Positions 41,960-57,973 of a stretch of 64,000 nucleotides of DNA are shown in pieces (position 1 is the first letter of the stretch; each line of letters starts with the position of its first letter). Origin of the DNA: a virus; the IMG/VR virus record IMGVR_UViG_3300010400_000001, positions 64,001 through 128,000 of that record, one strand, 5' to 3'. The translations under genes were made by a program, and so were the position numbers. Below the pieces are notes generated by a model. That model saw nothing but the letters and a program-made list of their open reading frames with translations, was not told where the DNA came from and ran no database searches.

Positions 41960-42865
41960 ATGGCTGGCTCCCCTTACATGACTCCAGACGAATTCTCCCG
42001 CATCGGCGTTCGTCTGCCGCCGGTCGCGGCGCCGCGGAGCGCAGGCGTCCTCATGCCGCGGCCTGGGGACCGCCTGCCGCCGCCGCCCTACCCGGGAGAA
42101 GCGACGATCGAAGGCTGCGGCGCTCAGCGCGTGCAGCTCGCGGGAGGCGCTCTCAATACGCTCCTCGTGCATCCGGAGATTACGCCGTTCGAGCGGCTCT
42201 TCCGACGCCTCCCCGAAGAGGGAATGTTCCTCGATACGGTAAACCCCGAAAACCCGTTCACGTTCGAGCTCGGCGCGTTTCGGGCGCCTGACACGTTCAC
42301 GCTGATGCTCTTCGATCTCCGTCCCGACATCTACCGCTTCAGTGGTGTCGATCCGGGAGACACGGTGCCGGTCGAAGCGCGTCGCTTCTCGTCGGTCTTG
42401 GGCTTTCAGATCAGCGTGGACCAGCGTCAGCCCGGTAACCTCGTCTACCAGCTCGATCCGGTGCCGATTCAGAGCTTCCCCGAAGCGTTCACGAATCCGA
42501 TCGGAGGAAACGAGTTCCCGCAAGCGCTCGCGAATGCAATCGGTGCGGGCAACAATTCGCGCTTCAACATCGCGCAGGCGACGAGCTTCGCGAGCGCATC
42601 GGGCGCGGGGAGCTCGCTTCTTCCTCAGAGGCCGACTCGTCCGGGCGCGCTCAGCATTCCGTACACGCTCTACATCAGGCCGGGGCAAACCTTTCAGGTG
42701 CGCTGCGTGGTGTTCAATCCCGTGCCGAGCCCGATCGCGTTCATCGAGTACGACATTGCGGGTACGATGATTCCCGATCAGTGGCTGACGACGATGACGG
42801 AGTGTTTGAAGCCGCTCTCGCATGCGAGCGGGGGGCCGGGTTCGCTCGGCGGAGGCCCCAGGTGA
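41960..42865 (+). CDS. Putative capsid-associated beta-rich protein
   Basis: Soluble, beta-type pattern (LYIRPGQTFQVRCVV...FIEYDIAG). Confidence 0.4.
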   Translation: MAGSPYMTPDEFSRIGVRLPPVAAPRSAGVLMPRPGDRLPPPPYPGEATIEGCGAQRVQLAGGALNTLLVHPEITPFERLFRRLPEEGMFLDTVNPENPFTFELGAFRAPDTFTLMLFDLRPDIYRFSGVDPGDTVPVEARRFSSVLGFQISVDQRQPGNLVYQLDPVPIQSFPEAFTNPIGGNEFPQALANAIGAGNNSRFNIAQATSFASASGAGSSLLPQRPTRPGALSIPYTLYIRPGQTFQVRCVVFNPVPSPIAFIEYDIAGTMIPDQWLTTMTECLKPLSHASGGPGSLGGGPR

Positions 42866-43016
42866 TCGATTTCAGCTCTAGAGACCAGCCGAACGCTTGT
42901 CGCTCTTCTGCGGGTTATGATGATCGCACCCCCACCGGACAACGGGGAATGCCAAGTCATGCTCGGGAAACGGCGTTCGGTTGGTCTTTAGGGCTGACAT
43001 CAGCGGGGAGCGCGTC

Positions 43017-45286
43017 ATGGTGATGCGGTCCTACACGGAAAACTGGGGCCGCGGCTCGGCGTGGGACGAGCATCCGATGATCGTTGCTCCGCCCGGGACG
43101 CATCTCGGGCAGATGGACGCGCAGAGTCTCTTTTCGGAAATCACGACGGCGCTCTCCTTGAAGCCCATCGGCGTCTACACGCCTTGGGCGACTCGCGAGG
43201 GCGACGTCTCGTGGACGGAGATCCACAATCCCGACACGAACATCATGCTCTGGGGTCTCACGGACGCGGCGGTGAACGCCGTCCCCGAGGTGACATTCGG
43301 TTCGCCCCTTCCCTTCGTTGCGATTCTCACCAAGGCGCCGCTCTCGGTCGAACGCGTACGCGGGCTCTGGAACGGAACGGCGTACGCGCCGTACGAGACG
43401 CAGGCAGTCTACCGTCAGGACGACGCGAAGTCGGTGCCGACGCTCTACTTCCTTCATTGGGGAGAGCGCATCGACATGTCGAAGCTCCCCGGGCAGGTGC
43501 TGCTTCTCGAGCCCACGGCGTCGAAGGTGGACGGAGCACTCGTCTTCGCGGCTCAGATCCCGTCGCAGGGATCGACGACGAGAGAGCCCCCGTCTCTCTC
43601 CTTCGATCAGGCGTTTCAGTCGACGGTGCCGGTCGTGCCCGGGCCCGCGCCGGCTCCAGTGCCCGCGCCAATTCCGATCGTGCGAGCGCCCGAAGAGAAG
43701 ATGAACATCGGCATTCCAGTGGCCGTTTTTCTCGGGAGCGCTGCTCTCGGCTTCGTCATCTGGAGGGCAAGGCAGTGACAAGGAGATCGGCATGTACGGC
43801 CTAGGACAAGAGGTCATTTTCGATCCGAGCTCGATACGGCCGAGGTCGCATCTCGTTCGGCTTCCGACTGCGACGCCGGCGCCGCCGAGGGTGCGGCTTC
43901 CTGACGCGACGCCGACAAAGCCCTTGCTGCCGATGATCGTGCCGGCAGAGGAAGAAGTGCCTCCGCCGGCGGAAGAGCGGAACATGATGCCCTACTACAT
44001 TGCAGGAGGCGTCCTCGCGCTCGGCGCAGTCGTGCTCCTCATGAGGAGACGGTAGATGTCCTTCTCGGGCTCAGGGCTTGGCGGATTCCAAGGTCTCGGC
44101 GGCGTCATTCAGGCGACGAGGACGGGCGCGCAAGTGCTCGACAGGCCGTCCTGCGTGACGGCGGCTGAGCGCCAAGAGGCGAACGAGAACTGCCAGAACG
44201 TGTCTCTTCACGGGCTCGGCACGATGGTCGCGCGGGCGCCGATGACTGGGCGCTTCGCCGGTCGAAGCCCGTGCGAAGTGAAGGAGTTCCCTGATTGCCC
44301 GACGCCGACGTGCATCGACGAGCAGTCGTCGGCAATGATCGTCGGTTGCCTTTCGGGACAGGGGTATCCGGGTCTCGATTGCAACGATCCGACCGTCAGC
44401 ATGTACCTCTACTTCATGACCATGCTGCCGTTCTGTAAGACGCCGCCGCTCCCGCCCGGCTGCGTGCCGAAGGAGATGGCGCCGATCGTTCAGTACTGCC
44501 AGAAGTACCCAGAGAAGAACGGGCCCGACAAGAAGCTCAACGCGCTCTGCTGGGGCGTGACGCACGACGCGGCGTACTGGTCGGCGCTCCAGAAGATGAA
44601 AGTCTGCGCGCCGCCGAAGCTCCCGTCGGCGACGCCGGCGCCGGTAAAGCCTCCCCCGCCGCCGACGATGACGAAGCCGCCGGCCTACAAGCCTCCGCCG
44701 GCTCCTCCACAGGAAGTGCCGCCACTTCCGCCCGTGCATGAGACGAGCGCGCCTCCCGACGTCGAGGAGCCGCCCGAGCATCGGGAATCGGCCATGATGG
44801 GCATGTGGGGCATTCTCGCTCTCCTCGCCGTAGGAGGAGGCGGCTACTACCTCTACCGCCGGTACAAATGAACCTGAACCTCGTCGCCATCGCGGGGGTG
44901 CCGCCGTCGCCTGATGGCGGGCTCATTTCGTGCACCGGCGAAGGGATCGGCGTCGTCGAAAGTCCCTTTGCGGGGACGACTGCGGGTCAGAAGTTCCTGT
45001 TCTTTGGCAGCTTCACGACAGGGTTTCTCGTCGGCTTTTTCTTCGCCAGGAGAAACGTCCGGTGAAAGATCCACTCGGGAGCGCCGCGACAGCGGCGGAA
45101 ATCCTCGGGCCGGCGATGGATGGCGTCGGCGGCCCGCTCGGCCTGGTCGGCCGCGTCGCGGGGCTCGGCGCGGACGAGCTCGACGCTGGGATCCCGGGAT
45201 GGTCGTGGTTTTTGATCGGCATGGTCGCCGGGAGCGCGGCCATGTACTTTATGAAGGACCGCGTGGAGGCTTTCGTCGAGCGCTAA
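43017..45286 (+). other. Five C-terminally anchored proteins (43017-43778, 43792-44055, 44056-44871 Cys/Pro-rich, 44868-45065, 45062-45286)
   Basis: Pro-rich stalks, TM plus mostly basic tails, MYGLG/FQGLG/LHGLG/VAGLG motifs. Confidence 0.7.
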
Positions 45287-45319
45287 GCGGCGGTATTCTC
45301 GGGTAGGAAGAGGATTCAG

Positions 45320-46282
45320 ATGCAAAACGGAATGGGCGCATACTTCGGCAGCACGAAAATCATCCAGGGCGCCGCCGGTCTCGGTGACGGGCCGCTTCAG
45401 GCATTCGCCGACGGAGTCGTCGGCGGGAGCGCCGAAAATCCCGACATGCCGGGTCCGCTCTTCGCCTACCACGACGGGAGCCTCGGCGACGCAGACGGGC
45501 AGCTCCTCGCATTCGCGGACGGAGTCGTCGGCGGCGCGCCGCCGGCCTACCAAATGCCGGGCGAGCTTCTCGCCTACAAGGACGGAAGCCTCGGCTGGTA
45601 CGACCAGGCGGCGCAGGGGATCGGCGCGAACGACGAAGAAGTCGATCCGACGAGCTCGTGGCACGACGGGATCTTGGGGAGCCGCACGGTGAACATCCCC
45701 GGTGGGACGCTGATGGCGTACCACGACGGAAGCCTCGGGGCGTACGCGCGCGCGATCGGAGCAGCAGAGCAAAACGTGCTCGACCTCGGCGACGCCAACG
45801 TCCTCAAGGAATTGAAGACGGCGATGGCGCTCATCGCTCCCGAGAACACGGCGACGATGGAAGCGCAGAAGGTTTACACGCCCGATTGGTACACGAGCGG
45901 CGTGTGGGATCCACAAGCGAGCCTCCTCTGGCAGTACATCGTGTCGAAGACTGCGGCGTTCAAGGGCAAGACCGTGTCGGCCGACATGGGCGCGAACTCG
46001 TACCCGAACGCCACCGGCATAGGCTTCATGGTGGCGGCGCTCTCGGCTCCCCAATCGGGCACGTACGGTCCCGAGTGGACCAAGAACAATCTCCCCGCGC
46101 TCTATGCGTGGTTCACGTCGGGCGGCGGCACGGTGCTGCCTCCCTACCTGTCGCTCGCGGATAAGACCAAAGGCGTTCGCGCGGCGACGAGTGAGATGAA
46201 GATGAGCACGGTCGCGATGTACGGCCTCGGCGCAGTCGCGCTTCTCGGCGTCGTACTCGTGATGCGAAAGAAGAGGAGATAG
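45320..46282 (+). CDS. C-terminally anchored protein with N-terminal internal repeats
   Basis: Three units of (AFADGVVGG...AY[HK]DGSLG); TM plus RKKRR. Confidence 0.75.
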   Translation: MQNGMGAYFGSTKIIQGAAGLGDGPLQAFADGVVGGSAENPDMPGPLFAYHDGSLGDADGQLLAFADGVVGGAPPAYQMPGELLAYKDGSLGWYDQAAQGIGANDEEVDPTSSWHDGILGSRTVNIPGGTLMAYHDGSLGAYARAIGAAEQNVLDLGDANVLKELKTAMALIAPENTATMEAQKVYTPDWYTSGVWDPQASLLWQYIVSKTAAFKGKTVSADMGANSYPNATGIGFMVAALSAPQSGTYGPEWTKNNLPALYAWFTSGGGTVLPPYLSLADKTKGVRAATSEMKMSTVAMYGLGAVALLGVVLVMRKKRR

Positions 46283-46284
46283 CC

Positions 46285-46768
46285 ATGTATACCGGAGTAG
46301 GAGCAGCCCCAGATTTGCGTCAGAGGTACCGTACCCGTCGCCGCCGCCTCGTCCGCCTTCCGTCGGCGACGCACGGCATGGGCGAGTACTTCGCGCCCGC
46401 AAGCGGCATCGGTGAGTACTTCGCAGCCAATGGCCTCGGCGTCGATGAAGCGCCGCTCGCCGAAAAGAGCTGCAACGCGATGGTGCTCGCAGTCGGGGCA
46501 GTGAGCCTCGGCGCGGGCATGATCCTCGCGATGGTCGCCTTCAAGTAGCGCTCCCTGCCAAATGGAGGATGCTCCGCACAAGTACTACCGCTGGGACGAA
46601 GGCACATCGAGATTCATAGAAACGACTGCCGACGATCCGCAGCGCATCGTTTATCAAAGCGAGCTGCCCGGCCTCGTCGCGCACCAGGCAGCCCGCTCTC
46701 TCGGTTTGATGATCCTCCTCGTCGGCGGCACTCTTCTTGTGCGGCATTTGTGGTCGAGAAAAAAGTAG
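46285..46768 (+). other. Two small membrane proteins (46285-46548, 46562-46768)
   Basis: First has an Arg run and GMGEYF/GIGEYF repeats; both end in TM plus K. Confidence 0.65.
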
Positions 46769-46771
46769 CCC

Positions 46772-47370
46772 ATGGATCTCTTCGAGCGCCTCCGTCGTGA
46801 CGCCAGGAAAATCCCCTGGGGCGCGGCGCTGTCGCTCATGACCGAAAGTCTCCATGAGCGGAAGGACGCTGCCGGCGCCGTCCTCGAGCAGCTTCGCGAG
46901 TGGGGGACGCATCTCACGAAGAACGCTCTTCTGAAGTGGACCGTGAGCATCGCGACGCCGCGAGCCTGCGAGTCCCCCGACGTCAGCAGCGGAAGACCGC
47001 GGCGGTGTCACAACCACGCGATCGTGACGTGCGACGTGTGCGGCCGGCCCTGCTGCCTCGCGCACAGCCGAGTCGACTTCATGGGCGACGGGATCTGCGA
47101 GGTCTGCATCGGCGAGGCGAAGGCGCGGACCCGCGGCGAGGCGGCGAAGCCTTCGGGGATGACTGTCGCCGAGGCCTTCCGCGTTCTGAAGCTCAAGCAA
47201 ACGGCAGACTTTGCCGAAGTGAAGAAGCGCTACCGAAAGCTCGTGTTCGATCACAGTGCGGATAGGCCACAGAGCTCGAAGAGGCGCGCCACGAACACGG
47301 AGAAGTTGAAAGAGATCAATCGCGCCTTCAAGGTGCTGCAGGATCACTTCCAGAAGGCGGAGGCGGCGTA

Positions 47371-47371
<1 letters not shown>
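46772..47371 (+). CDS. Zn-finger plus J-domain (DnaJ-like) protein lacking the HPD motif
   Basis: CHNH...CDVCGRPCCLAH...CEVC, then EAFRVLKL...EVKKRYRKLVFDHSAD...LKEINRAFKVL. Confidence 0.75.
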
Positions 47372-51733
<4,362 letters not shown>

Positions 51734-51749
51734 GGAAAGGAGCCGCGCC

Positions 51750-52055
51750 GTGGAGCTCAGCGTCATTCCAGAAACCGAAGCCGATAGGCAGACGGCGTTC
51801 CTCGCGTTCTCCGCAATCCTCGGCGGCGGCGTCGTCGCTTACCAAGCGGGCCGATCGATTCGGGACGGAGATCTCTTCAAGACGGAGCCGTTCGAAGGCA
51901 ACGCAGAGGTGGGTCTCGTCGCCACGGCAGCCGGCGTCGGTATGCTCGGTTTTGCTGCGAACGAAGCAGCGAAGTCCGTCGGCTGGAAACCCCTCATCCT
52001 CGGCAGCGTCGGTATCTTCGCGTTCGCGATCGTTGCGCGAGCGATCCGGAAGTAG
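51750..52055 (+). CDS. Small three-TM membrane protein (holin-like topology)
   Basis: Three hydrophobic segments, basic C-terminus; last gene of the rightward block. Confidence 0.5.
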   Translation: MELSVIPETEADRQTAFLAFSAILGGGVVAYQAGRSIRDGDLFKTEPFEGNAEVGLVATAAGVGMLGFAANEAAKSVGWKPLILGSVGIFAFAIVARAIRK

Positions 52056-53377
52056 CTTCAGTCGTCGCCGAGCAGGGCCATGAGGCGCTTCTGAAGCGGC
52101 CTGACGACCTTGTCCCAGCCGATCTGGGCTTTGCCTCCGAGCTGGAAGTCGTCCGAGCCGCTACACCAGTTCAGTGCGTCGAGGCACTCTCGAAGGAGCG
52201 GCTTACCGCGGAGCGCGGCGTTGCCGTCTTCTTCGAGGCAAAAGAGCGAAAACAGGACGAGCTCTCGCCATTCGCACTCGCCCGTTGGGAGCTCACGAAA
52301 CCGCGCCGCGAGCGTCGGGTACTTCGACCAGTCGACGCGGGACTTGATGAGATTCGTTGCGTAGTCGAGTTGTTCGTTACTCATGTTCTCGGACATGTAA
52401 GGACCTTTCTCTTCAGTCGTCGTCCTCGAGTGGGCTCCCGTCCTCGTCGGTTTCTGTGGGTGGTGCCGGGACAACTGAGTCCCAGCGGCGCCATTCGCGT
52501 AGTCCGGGATGGAAGCGAAAGCCGATCGACTTCAAGAGGAAGCGCGACTTGGGAGAGATGCTGCCAGGGCAACGGAAGACCCACGCAAGGCTCGAGCCGT
52601 TGCTGATGCGCTGCACGATGCCCCCGTGCTCTTCCCGAATGTCGAGGAGGAGGTCGGGCGGCGCCGCCCTGTCAAACTCGTTCATGTACCGCCGCCCGGG
52701 AAATCCGAAGCTCACGATGGTCTCCGCTTGCGATGTCTCACTCGAAATCCGTAGGCAAGGCAGCCGAAGCCCACGTCGCGGCTGGTGTGGCCGCGGATAA
52801 AAAAGATCCTGCGGCCTATGATCGATACGACCTCGGTGCCGTTCGGGATGCTCGAGTACCACTCGGCAGGAAAGAGCATGAGCGCCTTTCCGTCGGCGTC
52901 TGGCGCGTCCCACGCGCCGCAGCCCATCTCTTTCAGGGCGATCGTGTCGAGCTCCCGAAGCGCCTCGAAGTCGACGGGCGGCGCGGCGGGCGCCGGCATG
53001 CCGGGGAGCCTCTCGGCCGGTCTCGACGACACGTGGACCTCTTCATTCGGCCCGGCTCCGATCGCTCGCCGAATCGCCCCTGCCGTACGAGACTGCTTGG
53101 CGGTTTTCAGTTTTCCTCTCGGCATGGACGGCCTATGGGCACAAGACAGTGCGAAGCGAGCGACACTCGAGCACGAGATACGTGCCGGTTTCTGAGCTCG
53201 AACAGAAGAGAGGACCGTTCGGTCCCTGAATGAAAGCTGCCGGCCTGGAGGACGCGTGCGGAGCTTGAGGCATGCTGCTCCAGCATTCGTCGTGCGCACG
53301 AAGGCGCCAGAAAAGCCAAGCCATTGCACTGAGACCCAAGAGCGCCGCCATAACAATGACAACGTCCAGAAACTTTT

Positions 53378-54178
53378 TCATGGTCGACTCTGCATGGCGA
53401 AGGAAGAGCGCTGCTGGGAGAAAAGGGAGAGCAGGCGCATGGCGTTCTGCTTGAAGAGGAAGGCGACGTCGTCTTCGAAAATGGGGAGGGCCGGGGAAGA
53501 ATAAGTTGGTCGCTCGGTGGGCGGGGTTTGCAGCGCGACGCGCGCAGGAAAGCGTACCGTCCGCGGTAGTTTGTGCGGCGTGCCAGAAACCATCTTCTCT
53601 GGCTCGAGGACGATCGAGCCATCGAGCAGGCCGGTCACGGGCGCCGTTGCATCGGCCTCCCACTCGTGGACGCCGGCATTCGGCATGAGAGCGGGGCAGA
53701 GGTGTTCGGTCGAGAGCATCCGCATGTCCGCCCCCTTGATGACGGTATCCTGCCAGGGCGTTGGGGCCGTGAGGCCGAAGTGCTGGAGGACAGCGCGCTG
53801 CACGCGCGCGTTGATCGCATCGAGCGAGGACGTGACCGGTTTCGGCGTGAAGCGCGGATCTCCGGTCGCGCGTGACCGGGACTCTAGGAGTCGAAGAGCG
53901 GCCTTTAGCGGGCCAGAGACATCTCCGGTGTACGCCTCGTGGCCATCGTGAAACTGACCGAGGAGCTGCAGCAGGTAGTCCTCCGGATATTCGAGCTCGA
54001 TGAGCTTCCAGACCCAGAGGCAGTGCTCGCCGACGGAGTACGAGCGCGCCGTGTGCCCAGTGAAGCGACTGAGGTGCGCCAGGCTGTGCGACAGGTCAGT
54101 GAGATCGACGGCGTCCGCATCGGGTGCGAGCAGGTCGAAGCGTTTGCCGCTTAGGGTTTCTATCCAGGGAGCTATCAT
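53378..54178 (-). CDS. HD-domain phosphohydrolase (YfbR/YfdR-like deoxynucleotidase)
   Basis: IETLSGKRFD, DLSHSLAHLSRFTGH, YSVGEH, FHDGHEAYTGDV, IKGAD. Confidence 0.88.
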   Translation of the reverse strand: MIAPWIETLSGKRFDLLAPDADAVDLTDLSHSLAHLSRFTGHTARSYSVGEHCLWVWKLIELEYPEDYLLQLLGQFHDGHEAYTGDVSGPLKAALRLLESRSRATGDPRFTPKPVTSSLDAINARVQRAVLQHFGLTAPTPWQDTVIKGADMRMLSTEHLCPALMPNAGVHEWEADATAPVTGLLDGSIVLEPEKMVSGTPHKLPRTVRFPARVALQTPPTERPTYSSPALPIFEDDVAFLFKQNAMRLLSLFSQQRSSFAMQSRP

Positions 54179-57100
54179 GGGGACTCTTTCTCGGTGACGG
54201 TGAACTCGAGCTCTTCGATGACAGCGCCGGCGATCCCGTTCTTCACGAGGCTGCCGACGGCTCCGCCGAGCGCCCGCTCGAGACGCTCTCTCACGAGCGA
54301 GGCGTTTGCCCGTGTCGGCGAGCACTTCAGGCGGATTTGAAACGCAATCTCTCGCGGGCCGCTTTCGGTAAGCGACGGCTCTTCGGCGACGCGCTCGAGG
54401 AGGAGTTCCATTTCCTCTTCGGTCGGCATGTGCCGATTCGGCGAGCCGCTTGCCGACCGGAGAAGCGTGACCGCGACGTCCCCGTCCGGCCCTGGTTTCG
54501 TCACGACGAGCGTGCCGCTCGGGAGTTCCCAGAGCGAGTCGCCCTTGTGCGTCCGCTCTCTAAGCCGCGTTGCGTAGCGGATCTGAGTCTCGAGCTCTTT
54601 GTGAGCCGCGGCAGGGGACAGGCTTCGGTCGCAGCGCGAGATGTACTGCTCGACAGCGTGATGGGTGAGGATGATCATGGGCCGCGCTTCACTCTGCGCC
54701 CCTGCTCTTCTCCCAAGGAGGCCGCATGTGCGGAAGAGCCGGGAGCTCGAACTCGCGGTGGAGCTCTAGAGGCGGGAGCGCGTCAGTGCACGTGCGACCG
54801 TCGAGGCAGCGCTCGTACCAGGAAAAGATTCGGTCACAGCCTTGCTCTTCTCTCTGGAGTTCGTCCTGAGCAAGGATCTTTTGCGCGAGGACTATCTCGA
54901 GCTCCTCTTTTGAGTCGCGACTGTCGCTCTGTCCGACGTCGAGACCGAGCTCGAACGAAGAGAGGGCGACTAGCGCGCACGAGGTCACGACGACGAGCTC
55001 TGCGTGGAGCTTCATCGGGATTGCCGTTCGTCCATGAGCTTCAGCCAGTGGAGGGCCGCCTCGCCGGTCCTGTCCGGCATGTTCGGTGTGTCGTCGCAAA
55101 GCCAGCCCCGCAAGAGATTCAGCGTGTCCGAGAGCGAAACCGTCGCGCCGTAGCCGTCAGTGAAGCAGGGCCACTCGTGCGCTTCTGCCGGCATCCGCTC
55201 TAGCCAGTGCACGGCCGAGAAGGCCGTTTCGATCGGATACATCCTCTTACCGTGATTGGCCCACCCATCGAGAGATCCGATCGTTTCGGACAGGTCGTAC
55301 TCGCAGTCGTGGCTCATGGTCTCACTCGTAGTAGTCGCCATCGTCGTAGCAGTCTGGGCACGGCCCGCTCTCGAATTGTTCGTAGTCGTGGAAGGGACAC
55401 AAGAAGAGAGGCCCAATGGGCTTTGGTGCCGGCTCCGCGCGCCTAATGGACTCGGTGCAGATGCCGTCCTTGAACTCCATGCGAACTTCGTAGAAGACGT
55501 GCGGTTCGAGGTTTTCGAGCTTCATTGCTCGCCTCCGTCCCACTTGTCTCCAATCATCTCAGCGCAAACGCGAAACACGTTCCGCATTGCTGCGTGGGAG
55601 GCCTCGAAGTCTTCCATGTCGTCGACATGGAACAAAAGCCTGTCCACGTCGTCTTCAGTCGGCGCGAACCACTGCGTGCAGCCGTCCCATTTGCGGAAGC
55701 CAGTGATGCGCGGTTCGCACTCGAGCGGATCGTAGCTCCGGTGCATGAGATCCCGCGAGTCGCCAGTGTCCTTTTTGACGAAGATATTGCGACCGTCGTC
55801 CTCGTAGGCCTGCACTTCCCACATGCGGAAGCTGACGCTGAGGCCGTTCTCGTGGAGCTCCCAATCCGCGAACCAGGTCGGGTGCTTCTTGCCGGGCGGA
55901 TCGACGCATTCGGGGCCGCGCCTGCTCATGGGGAAGGAGTCTCCCTGTCTGTCATCTTAGGCGGCGCGCGAACGAACGTATGATCTTTCTTCGGCGGTCG
56001 GTCCCGGAACATCGCCTCCTTCGCGCGTTCGTATGTTGCGTCGTCCACCACCGGTCGGAGCGCTGCCAAAGCCTTCTCGAAGTCCGCTCGGCTGCTGTCG
56101 TGGTGGGCATCCAGGTGCTCGCCGCACACGGTGCAGTAAGGCGGCCCTGGGCACTCGGTCGGCGCCGCCGCTGGGCTGTACCGGCAGTGCATGCAGTGTT
56201 CGACCTTGGTGTCGAGGCCGACCCAGAAGTGCCCGTTCCGACGTTGCCTTGACTCGTCGGCTACGCCGCCGAAGATGTCTGTTACGTGGCCCATGGTTGC
56301 AGTCTCCTCCGCGCGCGGACGCGCGCCTGGTTCGTCGGGCTTGCTCATAAAAGGCGCTCCTGCTTCCGAGTCCGGTTCTCGAGATCTGCGATCATCTCCC
56401 TCATGTATGCGCGCTCGTTTTCTCGGTGCTCGCACTCGCGAACGAGCGCCTCGCGGAACTCGGCGTCGGTGTACGTGCCGTCGATGCGGCGGAGAACCTT
56501 CCGGACCGCGCCGCTCGACACGGTTCCGAGAGCGACCTCGAAGATGTGCACGACGCGAAGCCGCTCGGCGGCAATGCCGGCAGGGCGCCCCAGAAAGTAT
56601 CCGAAGCCAATGAGGCACACGTTCTCTAGGAGAAAGAAGACTGCGAGTACGAAAAAATAGCTCATCTGCCCCGAGGCTCTCTTTTGGTCTTTGCCGAGCG
56701 CTCATGCCTGGCGAACTCTTGGACGTCAGTCCAGAAGCGTTTAGTCACCGCATCAGTGCATGAGCCGATGAGCCCTTGCACTTCATGTTCGAATGCCTCC
56801 GGATCCGTAAGGAGGATCGTCCGGAGTTCTTCGACGGTGATCCTTGCCGAGCGTCGTTCCGCCACGACGTCCGTAATTCTACCTGGTTCGAGCTCCTGGT
56901 CCACCCCGAGTACTAGCCTCCGTATAGCTCCATTGCCGCCATGCGGAGCGCGCGTTGCCACGCGGACGGCGCGCACTTCCAGGGTAAGCCCTCGGGCGCG
57001 TAGCCCTCTCTCCAGAGAAAATCGTGGATACTGGCCGCGATGAACTCCGGATCTGGAAAGCGGGCCTCGAGCTTCGTTTCGAGCTTATCGATGTCGTTGT

Positions 57101-57217
57101 GGAGCCCCGCCGTGGTCTCCTCGGCCATCGCGAGCTCTCCTTCGAGGGCTTTGACGGCGGAGTCGATGTTGATCGTTTCCTCGAGCGCTTTCTGGAGGAG
57201 AGTTTTTAGGTCTTCAG

Positions 57218-57973
57218 TCATGGCGTGCACAGGATGGTTTCGGCGTCTTCGATCTCTGCCGCCTGAGAGACTTCCATCGGCGGCCCGAGATGTCCCGAGT
57301 GCCGTACGTGCTGGAGACAGAACCCTCGGTCTTTCAACATGGCCAGGAGTTCGATGTTTTTCTCGGCACGGTGGTGCTCGAGAAAGATGGTCGGTTTCCG
57401 GTCGAGGAGCTTCGGCGCGCCTCCCAGCACTTCTGGCTCGAAGCCCTCGACGTCGATCTTCAGGATGATCGGCGCTGCCAGCGGGTCGTTCTCTATCTCG
57501 TCGTCGAGCCGCACGACGAGGACCGACTGACGCTGGAGCGCTGGATCGTCAGTATGACTGACAAGGCTCGCGCCGCCGAGCGCCTGAGGATCGACGACAA
57601 GCGTTCGCATGTCCCTTTCGGACCCGCACGCCGCCGGCAAGAGAGTGCAGCGCTTTCTGTACCCGTTGACGGTCAGGCTGCGAGCGAGAAGCTCGCAGAG
57701 GTGCACGTTCGGCTCGAAGGCGTACACGCGGGCGCTCGCGAAACGACAGGCGAGTAGCGTGTACCAGCCGAAGTTTGCGCCGACATCGATGACGGTGGCT
57801 CCCGGCGCTTCGGAGAGCTTTGCCAGGAAGGCTTTGGTGACCCACTCCTCCCACATGCCGTCGAGCATGAGGTGCGGGGCGAGGCTCGTGTCGCGTGTGT
57901 CGACGTAGATCTTGTCTCCCCAGTGCGTGACAGCGAGCACCGTGTGGTCTCCGAGGTAGATGGCGGGTCTCAT
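57218..57973 (-). CDS. FkbM-family SAM-dependent methyltransferase
   Basis: VIDVGANFGWYT, VYAFEPN, LKIDVEGFEPEVLGG. Confidence 0.92.
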   Translation of the reverse strand: MRPAIYLGDHTVLAVTHWGDKIYVDTRDTSLAPHLMLDGMWEEWVTKAFLAKLSEAPGATVIDVGANFGWYTLLACRFASARVYAFEPNVHLCELLARSLTVNGYRKRCTLLPAACGSERDMRTLVVDPQALGGASLVSHTDDPALQRQSVLVVRLDDEIENDPLAAPIILKIDVEGFEPEVLGGAPKLLDRKPTIFLEHHRAEKNIELLAMLKDRGFCLQHVRHSGHLGPPMEVSQAAEIEDAETILCTP

